From: an uncultured bacterium
Lineage (GTDB): Bacteria; Patescibacteriota; Minisyncoccia; Phycocordibacterales; UBA6065
DNA length: 64,000 nucleotides
Assembly (NCBI GenBank): GCA_966243015.1
Contig: CBIMES010000001.1
Location: 298,076 to 362,075 of the forward strand
Reading direction: 5' to 3'
The notes beneath the pieces were generated by a model. The model searched no databases, was not told the DNA's origin, and saw only the letters and a list, made by a program, of their open reading frames with translations. The number at the start of each line of letters is the position of its first letter. Position 1 is the stretch's first letter. The position numbers and the translations under genes were made by a program. This document shows positions 9,300 to 17,246 of the stretch, in pieces.

Positions 9300-9842
9300 T
9301 CAATTACCCTTCTTGAAGATATCGTACTTAAAATCCTTGTGTGTCATTGACGGCCGAGGACCAATGCTGTTCTGATACTTCCCCTTGTAGAGAGAGATCT
9401 CGCCAAAAGGAACCCAGAAGCTTACCTGCGCGATAGACATTCCTGGATAGATACGAACAGGAAGGGTTGCGTAGAGTTGAAAGGTCGTAACCCCATGAGA
9501 TCCTATATCAATCAAATCAGCGGTAACGTGAACAAAGAGACCCATCCTAGCCGTGCCGGACTTTCCGTGTATCAACGGAACATAAAAATCGCTACCGATA
9601 CGCTCCCTGGAGTGCCCCAGAACAAAGTCACCTGCCTTAAGAACCAACCCATCTTCAGGTATTCGTATCTCTTCGTAAACTGCCTCGTGCTTAGGATCAA
9701 TGACACCCGGTCCATATCGGATGACAGTGTCGCCAAGCGACAAATCATAAGAATTGGTCGTGACCGACTCTTCATTAAACGGAACTATCTCTATCTTGTC
9801 ACCCCGAACTTCCTCGAGGATTTTTTTACCCGTAAGTATCAT
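9300..9842 (-). CDS. dCTP deaminase-like protein (trimeric dUTPase fold), paralog B
   Basis: MILTG.., NSYDLSLG, GKSGTARMGL, IDIG, IYPGMSIAQ and KYQN. The catalytic Glu position reads Gln (TFQL). Confidence 0.88.
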   Translation of the reverse strand: MILTGKKILEEVRGDKIEIVPFNEESVTTNSYDLSLGDTVIRYGPGVIDPKHEAVYEEIRIPEDGLVLKAGDFVLGHSRERIGSDFYVPLIHGKSGTARMGLFVHVTADLIDIGSHGVTTFQLYATLPVRIYPGMSIAQVSFWVPFGEISLYKGKYQNSIGPRPSMTHKDFKYDIFKKGN

Positions 9843-10357
9843 GGGGCTTTTTGTTTAGCGGTTGGTACATATGACTCCTGGGGATGATTCAGACGACCGT
9901 ACACTCCCACGTAAGAATCAATAGGCCCGAAGTTTTTCCAGAATGAAACTTGGCCAATCACCATTCCAGGATAGACCCTTATTGGCAAGGCGGCCACAAT
10001 CTCAAGGGTCCACCTATGCATTGAGGTGGTGTGGCCAAGATTTGCAGAGACCTGCAAAAACAAGCCGTATCTGCCCATCGAGCTTCTACCAATAAGAGAC
10101 ATGGCGTATTCCGAGCTCCCGATAATCTCTTGAGTGTTCGCGAGATACATCCGGCCCGGCTCTAGTACATACCCCTCTTGGGGAATGGACAACTCTTTAA
10201 AGACGGACTTGCCACCATCGAAGAAAACAAACTCTTTCAAAGTGGGACCCAGGCGGTAATTGTAGCTATTGGGATTAATTTGTTCAGGCAAAAACGGCTC
10301 AATGACTATCCTTTTGCCAGCAATCTCTTCTTTTATTTTTGCCCCAGTCAGAATCAT
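9839..10357 (-). CDS. dCTP deaminase-like protein, paralog A
   Basis: QINPNSYNYRLG, GRSSMGRYGL, WTLEI (catalytic Glu retained) and YPGMVIGQ. 4-nt overlap with paralog B. Confidence 0.88.
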   Translation of the reverse strand: MILTGAKIKEEIAGKRIVIEPFLPEQINPNSYNYRLGPTLKEFVFFDGGKSVFKELSIPQEGYVLEPGRMYLANTQEIIGSSEYAMSLIGRSSMGRYGLFLQVSANLGHTTSMHRWTLEIVAALPIRVYPGMVIGQVSFWKNFGPIDSYVGVYGRLNHPQESYVPTAKQKAP

Positions 10358-10360
10358 AAC

Positions 10361-11182
10361 TTAGAATAGTTCCACGAAACGATTCGGATAGATGTCTTTC
10401 CTATACCTTAAGACAAGCGTACTGTATCTCTGATAAGGCCTCAATTCATTGGACATCTTTTTGATATCGTAGAGCCGGTTATAAATCGCCTTACGGACCC
10501 CGGCATCATGGATGCCGAGCATAATGCAAGCTCTGTCCGTCGTGCACTTACAATAATAATCGAGCTCTTCCTTTGTTTCTGGAATAAGATCGTTTCGATC
10601 CTCGAATATGATCTCAAGCTTATTGTAGAGTTTCATAATTTCCTTGTAGGACACGGACGTCGGCGTAATCCCAAAAACCTTTCTAGCTTTTTTAATTAAG
10701 GTGGCCGGGATTGTCTTGGTTACGTAGAAAGGTGAGGCGAGTATATAACCACCGTCATCAAGCATACCAATACACTTTTCAAGCATCTTTGATGGATCAG
10801 GGAAAAAGCCGAGCGAGGCTCCCACGACGATATGACTGAAAGGCTCATTCGTCGAAAATTCATACCCATTCGCAACTCTGTATGAAAATTTTACACCAGG
10901 AGCGTATTGATCCTTATTGTAATTTGCCATTTTTACAGAATTTTCCGACAGATCGAAACCCTCCCCGCTGCAACCAGACATAATAGCAAGTTCCCGAGAG
11001 GAAAAACCCGTTGTACACGCAACCTCAAGAAGTCGTGAGGTTTTTTTCAACCCCGAAAACTGAGCCCACTTAGAAAGTGTGACGTATGATCCCGGCAAAA
11101 CATTCCACTGATTAATCAATCCGACAAAATCAGTGTAGGAGAGATTTTTTACATAGTCTGAGGTAATCGTGTTATTTTTCAT
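10361..11182 (-). CDS. Class I SAM-dependent transferase, MccD-like
   Basis: SAM motif I LLEVACTTG, GFDLS and LDDGGYI. The 273-aa size, the N-terminal SYTDFVGL..N..PG segment and the gene context recall microcin C MccD (inference). Confidence 0.8.
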   Translation of the reverse strand: MKNNTITSDYVKNLSYTDFVGLINQWNVLPGSYVTLSKWAQFSGLKKTSRLLEVACTTGFSSRELAIMSGCSGEGFDLSENSVKMANYNKDQYAPGVKFSYRVANGYEFSTNEPFSHIVVGASLGFFPDPSKMLEKCIGMLDDGGYILASPFYVTKTIPATLIKKARKVFGITPTSVSYKEIMKLYNKLEIIFEDRNDLIPETKEELDYYCKCTTDRACIMLGIHDAGVRKAIYNRLYDIKKMSNELRPYQRYSTLVLRYRKDIYPNRFVELF

Positions 11183-11194
11183 GTTTCCTTTACC

Positions 11195-12400
11195 CTAAAA
11201 TTCGTATACAGGCGGTATTGAGCTTATAAAATTCTGCGCCAAAGAATAAGTTAAGGCACCTTGATTCGGCACCACAATAACATCCCCCTCCCTCAGTCGA
11301 TCAGCATAGCAGAGATAGCCCCAAATATCCCAAGTGGTACAAAGGTTGCCCCACACGCGACAGCTAATCTCACTTTTTGCCGGCATCGATATATTTACCA
11401 ACGGAAAATACTCGTGCTCGAAGCGCTGCCAACCAACCATGTTAACGCCTGCGTCCAGGATAATATTTGACTCATCCTTTTTATCAGCAACGCGAGCGAC
11501 TATAAGCATAGAGTTGTTGCATATAAAACGACCAGGTTCCGCACGATATTGGGCGTCGATTAAGGGCTCAAGATCCTTCTTTATTGCATCGCCTATCTTT
11601 TGAGCGTACTCAGCGATCTCCAGACTTTCCCTAACTCGATAAGAACCCTCAACGCCCTTTACATCGCCAGAAGAATAATAACCCTCCGATCGAGAAACCT
11701 CGAATCCGCCACCAAAATCAACGTACTTGATAGAACGAAGGTCCTCGACACTAAAATTCAGCTTAATAAAAAGCCCTATTTTTGAAATAGCGTCCTCATA
11801 AGAGGATGCATCCTTGTTTCTTGAGGTGTGAAAATGAATGCCTTCAAGCTCAATAAACGGATGTCGTTTTGCCGCATCCCAAAACTCGCCAAGCCTCTCA
11901 AGGGGGATGCCGTATTTTTTCCAATCGCCGAAAAGATCCACGTGAACCCTAACTCCCGCCTTTATCTTTAAACCCGAGGCCGACGTCAATGATCCAAGCG
12001 TCTCCAGTTCACTAAAACTATCCATGTTAACAGTCACCATATCAGAATACTTGAGTGCATGCGCAAGATCCGCTCTTGTCTTGCCTGGACTGAAATACAT
12101 AATATCCTTACAGCCCGCCGCAACAGCGAGGTCTATTTCTCGGACACTACCGACATCGAGACCCATACCCCGCTCAACAACACGAGCAATCACTTTGGGA
12201 TGATGATTGAGTTTAAGCGCATAATAAGCCCTAAAAGAGGCAACCTCCTTGTTGAAAGCATCTAAAAAAGAGCTTATGGAAGCATCGAGGGCCTTCATAT
12301 CAAGAGCATAGAAAGGCGTTCCGTGCTTCTCAACAAGCTCAAGCAACGAATCTCGCTTCTCGAGCACATCTTCTACGATATGATACAGTCCGGTACTCAT
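11195..12400 (-). CDS. PLP-dependent group IV decarboxylase (LysA/ODC fold; MccE N-terminal-domain-like)
   Basis: HGTPFY, YYALKLN (PLP Lys), HFH, DFGGGF, EPGRF and GNLCTTWD. Confidence 0.9.
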   Translation of the reverse strand: MSTGLYHIVEDVLEKRDSLLELVEKHGTPFYALDMKALDASISSFLDAFNKEVASFRAYYALKLNHHPKVIARVVERGMGLDVGSVREIDLAVAAGCKDIMYFSPGKTRADLAHALKYSDMVTVNMDSFSELETLGSLTSASGLKIKAGVRVHVDLFGDWKKYGIPLERLGEFWDAAKRHPFIELEGIHFHTSRNKDASSYEDAISKIGLFIKLNFSVEDLRSIKYVDFGGGFEVSRSEGYYSSGDVKGVEGSYRVRESLEIAEYAQKIGDAIKKDLEPLIDAQYRAEPGRFICNNSMLIVARVADKKDESNIILDAGVNMVGWQRFEHEYFPLVNISMPAKSEISCRVWGNLCTTWDIWGYLCYADRLREGDVIVVPNQGALTYSLAQNFISSIPPVYEF

Positions 12401-13416
12401 ATAACGGATTTCTCAAATACGATCGACGCCTCTTCGGTATCGATAGCGACCGTGCCGCCGTTCGGTATGGTAATAAGCGGATCCGAGTGTCCAAAATCAG
12501 CGTTGTACATAACAGGAAAAGTGGAAGAGCCGAGATTCTCCCCGAGAATCTCTTCGAACGAGTCGTCTCGAGAGAAGCCAGACTGTTCCGTAAACCTACC
12601 GAAGACAAGACCCGATATGGCCTCAAACCACCCCAGCTGCTTACACTGGCAAAGGAATCTATCGACGTGGGCAGGGGTGCTTGTCTCGTCCTCTTCCAGA
12701 AAAAGAATCTTACCTTTCAAATCGGGCATATATTCCGTCCCCTGAAGCAGAAGCAGGGTTTGAAGATTTCCAACGAGAACCTCTCCCGCTGCGCTTCCGG
12801 CCCTGAAGACCTTAACGCCCTCATTGGCCTTTTTAATCCTGTGGTCATTGTCTTCCCTGAGAAAGTATAAATCGTCAGCGTATTCCCCCGATGACTCAAT
12901 GGCAACCCTCTCTTTTGGAGAGACGCACATTTCTTCAAAGTACTTCCAGGTGTACCCAAAAGGCTCAGGCTTGGCGAAAGATATGACTCCGGGACCAGAG
13001 AAAGTAACGAGCCCGGTCTTGGTTGTGATAGCGGTAGTGAGGGCAGTTACATCAGAATAGCCGATAAATACCTTCGGATGCTTGCTAATTAGACCATAAT
13101 CAAGGCGATCGAGAATCTGATTGGTATTGAAACCTCCCCAGAAAGCCATAATGCATCCCACGTCTTCCCTTTCGAGGAACCTGTGTATGTCCTGAACCCG
13201 AAGATCAACAGACCCTGCAACATGCTTGTTGGTAAGGTTTTTAACAGACTCACCCTCAGCGATAACGAAACCTCTTTCTTCGAGATACTTGTAACCTCGC
13301 TGAATAGTCTCTTCTGGGCAGACGCCCGCAACCGGATCAGCAGGTGCAATAATTCCAATGGTCATGCCCTTTTTGAGCCTTGGCGGGAGTACTTTTCCTG
13401 ATTGATTTGACGACAT
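12397..13416 (-). CDS. S66 family LD-carboxypeptidase / MccF-like microcin C immunity peptidase
   Basis: PPRLKKGMTIGIIAP; catalytic triad motifs GYSD (Ser), LFLEE (Glu) and DFGH (His). An aromatic-containing insert EYADDLYF sits where the MccF nucleotide-stacking loop lies. Confidence 0.9.
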   Translation of the reverse strand: MSSNQSGKVLPPRLKKGMTIGIIAPADPVAGVCPEETIQRGYKYLEERGFVIAEGESVKNLTNKHVAGSVDLRVQDIHRFLEREDVGCIMAFWGGFNTNQILDRLDYGLISKHPKVFIGYSDVTALTTAITTKTGLVTFSGPGVISFAKPEPFGYTWKYFEEMCVSPKERVAIESSGEYADDLYFLREDNDHRIKKANEGVKVFRAGSAAGEVLVGNLQTLLLLQGTEYMPDLKGKILFLEEDETSTPAHVDRFLCQCKQLGWFEAISGLVFGRFTEQSGFSRDDSFEEILGENLGSSTFPVMYNADFGHSDPLITIPNGGTVAIDTEEASIVFEKSVI

Positions 13417-13544
13417 GAATTAAGGATAACCATAATTAACCAAAACCACAATAATAGCCGTCTCGAAACAAAAAAAACGGAACGATGTCCCGTCTCGCAA
13501 GCTCAATCTTGACCCATTTCCCCGTAGTCATGCCCGATCCCGTG

Positions 13545-13709
13545 CTAGAAAGAGCTCACGGTTCGATCATCATTGCCCAAACAGGTGTAGTCCACAGTCC
13601 CAGAAAGAGAATCAACTCCCCGCTTTTGATACCGCCCGCAGGCAATGATTACGAGAAGGAAGGCAATTTCAGCGGGTGCGATAATGCACAATAAATACAT
13701 TGTACTCAT
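13545..13709 (-). CDS. Small single-pass membrane protein (54 aa)
   Basis: Manual translation MSTMYLLCIIAPAEIAFLLVIIACGRYQKRG...SSF*, followed by a hairpin and U-tract at about 13470-13497. Confidence 0.4.
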   Translation of the reverse strand: MSTMYLLCIIAPAEIAFLLVIIACGRYQKRGVDSLSGTVDYTCLGNDDRTVSSF

Positions 13710-13794
13710 CGGTTGAAGGTGCGTTTTGTTTTCAAAAAGAATAACAAATAGACGTTCAAGAAGTTATAAAGATCTAATAAAAAAACTCTTGGCC

Positions 13795-15456
13795 CTATTT
13801 AACCTCCGGCACCTCCACAATGAAGGCGCTTCCCTTGCCCTCTCCCTCTGACTCGGCCCAGAGCCTGCCGCCGTGCGCGGTGACGACCTCCTTGGCGATG
13901 AAGAGACCGAGGCCGGTTCCGTGGATGTTGGCCTCGCTCGCGTTCTTGGCGCGCGAGAATTTGCGGAAGAGCTTTGGCATGACCTCAGGCGCGATACCCA
14001 CCCCGGTGTCCACGACCTTGAAGCGGATCATGTGACGAGCGGTGTCCTTCTCGAGAGAGATTGATATCGAGCCCTTGAGCGTGTACTTAACCGAATTGTC
14101 GACGACATTCATGAGAACCTGCTTGAACTTGTCGAGGTCGGCCTTGATTGGATACGGCTGCGCCTGATCGATCGAGACGTTGAACGCGAGGCCCTTCGCC
14201 TCAATGTTTGGCTTCTGCTCGGCGACGACCTCAGCAACGAGGCCCTTGAGATCTATCTCCTTGAGGTCGTACCGCATGGTTCCGAGCTCTATGCGGGTTA
14301 TGTTGAGATAATCCTCAACAACGCTTGAGAGCGTGTTGACCGACGTAAGTATGGTCTGCACAATCTTCCTCATGCCATCGGAGACGGGCCCCGCATCGCC
14401 TTCGAGAATAATTGAGGTGTATCCCCTTATAGACGTAAGAGGGCTCCTGATTTGATGCGTGGCAAAGGAAAGGAACTCTGTTTTCTGTGTATCGAGCTCC
14501 TTGAGGCGGGCGTTTGCCTTTTCAAGCTGATCTTTTTGCGCCTCAATAAGCTGCCTCGCCTCGACTTCTTTTTTCACGCTTCTAACAAGAATTGTTCCGA
14601 GAATCGCGGTAAGAATGAGCGTAAGTACCGTTACGATACGGATATTCTCTATCCTCCTTATGAAAAGAATTGCGAATATGAGGAACAGAAGGGTTCCCAC
14701 GAGTACCTGTGCACTGAACAGCCTGACATCAAAAGCTTTAAACCTAACAATCATGTACGAGAGGAAAGCGATAAAAAGCGCCATGCCGAGGGGCCCGACG
14801 AGATTGAACTCGTAGATGAGAGTCGCGTCGCCAACGACATTCGTAGTCACAAAGGTTCCCAGGAGAATGAGGGTCCCCAGTATAAGCGAGAGTACTTTTT
14901 TCTTCTCTGGTGATGATTCGGACTTTCTGCGCTTCGAAACGCAGAGGAGAATCGCAAAGAGGGCCAACACCACCTGCAGGATATACACATAGACCCAAAG
15001 AGGACCGTTGTAGCTCTGGCACTCCACCAGGTCAAAATAGGTCATGTTCAGAGTCGTTGGCAAAAGCACCAGGATCGGCAGGAGCGAGACGAAGCCGAGA
15101 AGCCTTAGGGAGAACGGAGGGATCCTGTCGTGAAGGAAGACGTAGACAAAGTGGACAACAGACAGGACGAGGCCAACCTGGAGCAGGGCGGAAACTTGCC
15201 AGCCAAAATGAACAAACCACGCGTCGACGGCAACCCACTGCAGAAGCTCGTTAATAATCCAAAGCGAGAACGAGGCAGCGATGGCGAGAAGTGACCTTGT
15301 CTGCAACGACCTGTTCTTAATAAAGAGGAATATGGAGAAGAAAAGAGAGAGAAATACTATCGGTATGTAGGAATAGTAGAGAAGCGTCGGGGCAATCGAT
15401 GTATCGATGATGCCGAAAAGGTTGGGGGCAGCGTCTAGACACAGAAACGGGTCCAT
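13795..15456 (-). CDS. Membrane sensor histidine kinase (multi-TM N-terminus, HisKA plus HATPase)
   Basis: H-box ATHQIRSPL, N-box NVVDNSVKY, G1 DTGVG and G2 GTGLGL. Confidence 0.95.
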   Translation of the reverse strand: MDPFLCLDAAPNLFGIIDTSIAPTLLYYSYIPIVFLSLFFSIFLFIKNRSLQTRSLLAIAASFSLWIINELLQWVAVDAWFVHFGWQVSALLQVGLVLSVVHFVYVFLHDRIPPFSLRLLGFVSLLPILVLLPTTLNMTYFDLVECQSYNGPLWVYVYILQVVLALFAILLCVSKRRKSESSPEKKKVLSLILGTLILLGTFVTTNVVGDATLIYEFNLVGPLGMALFIAFLSYMIVRFKAFDVRLFSAQVLVGTLLFLIFAILFIRRIENIRIVTVLTLILTAILGTILVRSVKKEVEARQLIEAQKDQLEKANARLKELDTQKTEFLSFATHQIRSPLTSIRGYTSIILEGDAGPVSDGMRKIVQTILTSVNTLSSVVEDYLNITRIELGTMRYDLKEIDLKGLVAEVVAEQKPNIEAKGLAFNVSIDQAQPYPIKADLDKFKQVLMNVVDNSVKYTLKGSISISLEKDTARHMIRFKVVDTGVGIAPEVMPKLFRKFSRAKNASEANIHGTGLGLFIAKEVVTAHGGRLWAESEGEGKGSAFIVEVPEVK

Positions 15457-15543
15457 GAGCTACAGTATATTAAGATACCCGACAAGGAGCAAGGCATCTG
15501 AATAAAAAAGCCGCGTGCCCTAGGGGTACGCGGCTTGAACTAA

Positions 15544-16455
15544 TTACGTGGTTATACTGAGAATCGAACCTCCGACGACCACAAGGACGATGCCCGCCAG
15601 CTTCTTCCAGAAGGCAGACCCCTGATCTTCCGAGATCAGATGGGGTAGGAACTTCGTGAGAAGCGCCGCACCCACAAGAACGAAGAGGGGCTGACTGCAG
15701 GCGAGGCCCTGGACTATCGCCACGGGAGCGAAGAGCTTTGCCCGGTCGAACAAGAAATCCGCGACGATCGCGAGGACTTCCGACAGCGACTGGAGGCCAA
15801 GCTTTGTCCGAAGGCCGATGACGAAACCCTGACGGGTCTTCGGTCCGGCGAGGAGGACGAGCCCCCAGAACGCCTTTCCGCCGACATCAAAGGCAATCGC
15901 CGGGACGGTGTCGAGCTCGCGACCAAACTTTGCGAACACGACGTCGTTGACGGCCAGGAGAAGCGAGGCAACGAGCATTAGGACGATCGCCTGACCCTTC
16001 GCCCTGCCGCTCGACTTGAGCACCCAGCCACCGACAGCCAGAACCACAATCGCCGCCACGTGATACCACTCCAGACTTTCGCCGATGAAGGCGAATGCCA
16101 GAATGATGCCAAATGCCGGTATGGTCTGAAACCAAGGATCGACTCGGGATGCCTCGTCGATGCTCAACGCCTTAAGGAACAGAATCATGGCGACGACATA
16201 CGTGACGCCGTTCGCCATGAGAGGGAGCGCGACTGACAGCTCCACTAACTGACCCTTGAAGAGCATAAGCGGACCGAGGATCACGATGCCGAAGACGAGG
16301 TTGAAGAATCCAGAGATCGCCATAAGCGCCGCCGGCTTCGAGTCCTCGCCATCGCCCTTAACCAGTATCTTGTCTGTGAGAATCGCCGCTGCCCAGAGCA
16401 TCGGCGGGATGAGATTCAGGAAGAATTCCACATGGACCTTTCTGTTTCTTCGCAT
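15544..16455 (-). CDS. EamA/DMT family transporter
   Basis: About 10 TM helices in two repeats, KALSIDEASRV and GESL. RBS-supported alternative start at GTG 16431. Confidence 0.85.
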   Translation of the reverse strand: MRRNRKVHVEFFLNLIPPMLWAAAILTDKILVKGDGEDSKPAALMAISGFFNLVFGIVILGPLMLFKGQLVELSVALPLMANGVTYVVAMILFLKALSIDEASRVDPWFQTIPAFGIILAFAFIGESLEWYHVAAIVVLAVGGWVLKSSGRAKGQAIVLMLVASLLLAVNDVVFAKFGRELDTVPAIAFDVGGKAFWGLVLLAGPKTRQGFVIGLRTKLGLQSLSEVLAIVADFLFDRAKLFAPVAIVQGLACSQPLFVLVGAALLTKFLPHLISEDQGSAFWKKLAGIVLVVVGGSILSITT

Positions 16456-16508
16456 CTCGCCCCGGTGTTACCCGAGTACGAACGAGATGCACGTCGATGC
16501 TTTTGGAT

Positions 16509-16562
16509 GTTGCGACGTTTTAGAGACGCTCGCGCGGGCAAATGCCTCTAAAACGTCGCAAC
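16509..16562. repeat. Perfect 17-bp inverted repeat upstream of the EamA gene
   Basis: GTTGCGACGTTTTAGAG (16509-16525) and CTCTAAAACGTCGCAAC (16546-16562), with a 20-nt loop. Confidence 0.9.
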
Positions 16563-16629
16563 GGGTATAACCACTTTCAATGAACCTTTACTTCTATATT
16601 ATAGCACGATATTTATACAAAAGTCAAGT

Positions 16630-17016
16630 CTATGCAAGGTTGAGGCCGTCTGAGGCCTTGGAATACGCGTCCCAGTCGACGCCCAGCTCCCGAGCGAGCT
16701 CCCTTTCGATAAATGAGGCAAATGCGTGTTCCTTGTGATACGGCGCGTCTTCCCTGTCCCCCGGCTCGCTCGCGTCGCCCTCCGCCCTGCCCTTGTTGAA
16801 CTTAATGTCATAGGCATCTATGACGTCGTCACCTATGCCTCGATGCCTGCAAAGCGACAACTCCACGAGCTCGTGAATCGCGGTAAGCATCTCATACCTC
16901 CAATCGCCCATGTCAGACACAGACACTACCTCCCTGTCCCTTTCAACGTGATAGTCGGCGACAGTGTTGTATCGCTGAGCCGAGTCCGGGATGGTGCGTA
17001 TCTCTATGTTGAGCAC
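16630..17016 (-). CDS. Hypothetical protein with putative metal-binding HELVE and PYHKEH motifs
   Basis: Start moved to GTG 17016 because a separate ORF ends at 17021. Contains QRYNTVADY, IHELVE, EPGD and APYHKEH. Confidence 0.7.
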   Translation of the reverse strand: MLNIEIRTIPDSAQRYNTVADYHVERDREVVSVSDMGDWRYEMLTAIHELVELSLCRHRGIGDDVIDAYDIKFNKGRAEGDASEPGDREDAPYHKEHAFASFIERELARELGVDWDAYSKASDGLNLA

Positions 17017-17020
17017 AGGT

Positions 17021-17194
17021 TTATTCTTCGATGATCTCTCCGAGTGATTCCTCCCCAGCCTCATCTGCAGCCTGGACCTCCTCGCCCGTCATGACGAAGT
17101 CCTTGGCAATAATAGTCCTATAGTAGGTAATGCTGATCGACGCGATGACGGCGATGGCTATTACCCAGGAAAGGACCTTTGATTTTCTATCCAT
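17021..17194 (-). CDS. Small single-pass membrane protein (57 aa)
   Basis: Manual translation MDRKSKVLSWVIAIAVIASISITYYRTIIAKDF...EE*, with a basic N-terminus, a TM helix and an acidic tail. Confidence 0.65.
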   Translation of the reverse strand: MDRKSKVLSWVIAIAVIASISITYYRTIIAKDFVMTGEEVQAADEAGEESLGEIIEE

Positions 17195-17246
17195 AAATGA
17201 TTAGAATGGCACTGTTTACCCGACCGATCAAAACCTCACACTGCCC

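Noticed and set aside
9300-10357. dCTP deaminases as the known anti-phage dCTP-depletion system
   Set aside because: That system uses a zinc-dependent CMP/dCMP-deaminase fold with a kinase domain; these are trimeric dUTPase-fold Dcd proteins.
11195-12400. Calling the decarboxylase lysA
   Set aside because: No dap pathway context, HxGSQ and GAY motifs are altered, and it is translationally coupled within the mcc-like operon.
16517-16554. GTTTTAGAG...CTCTAAAAC resembles type II CRISPR repeat ends
   Set aside because: A single inverted pair with no repeat-spacer array and no cas genes in the window.
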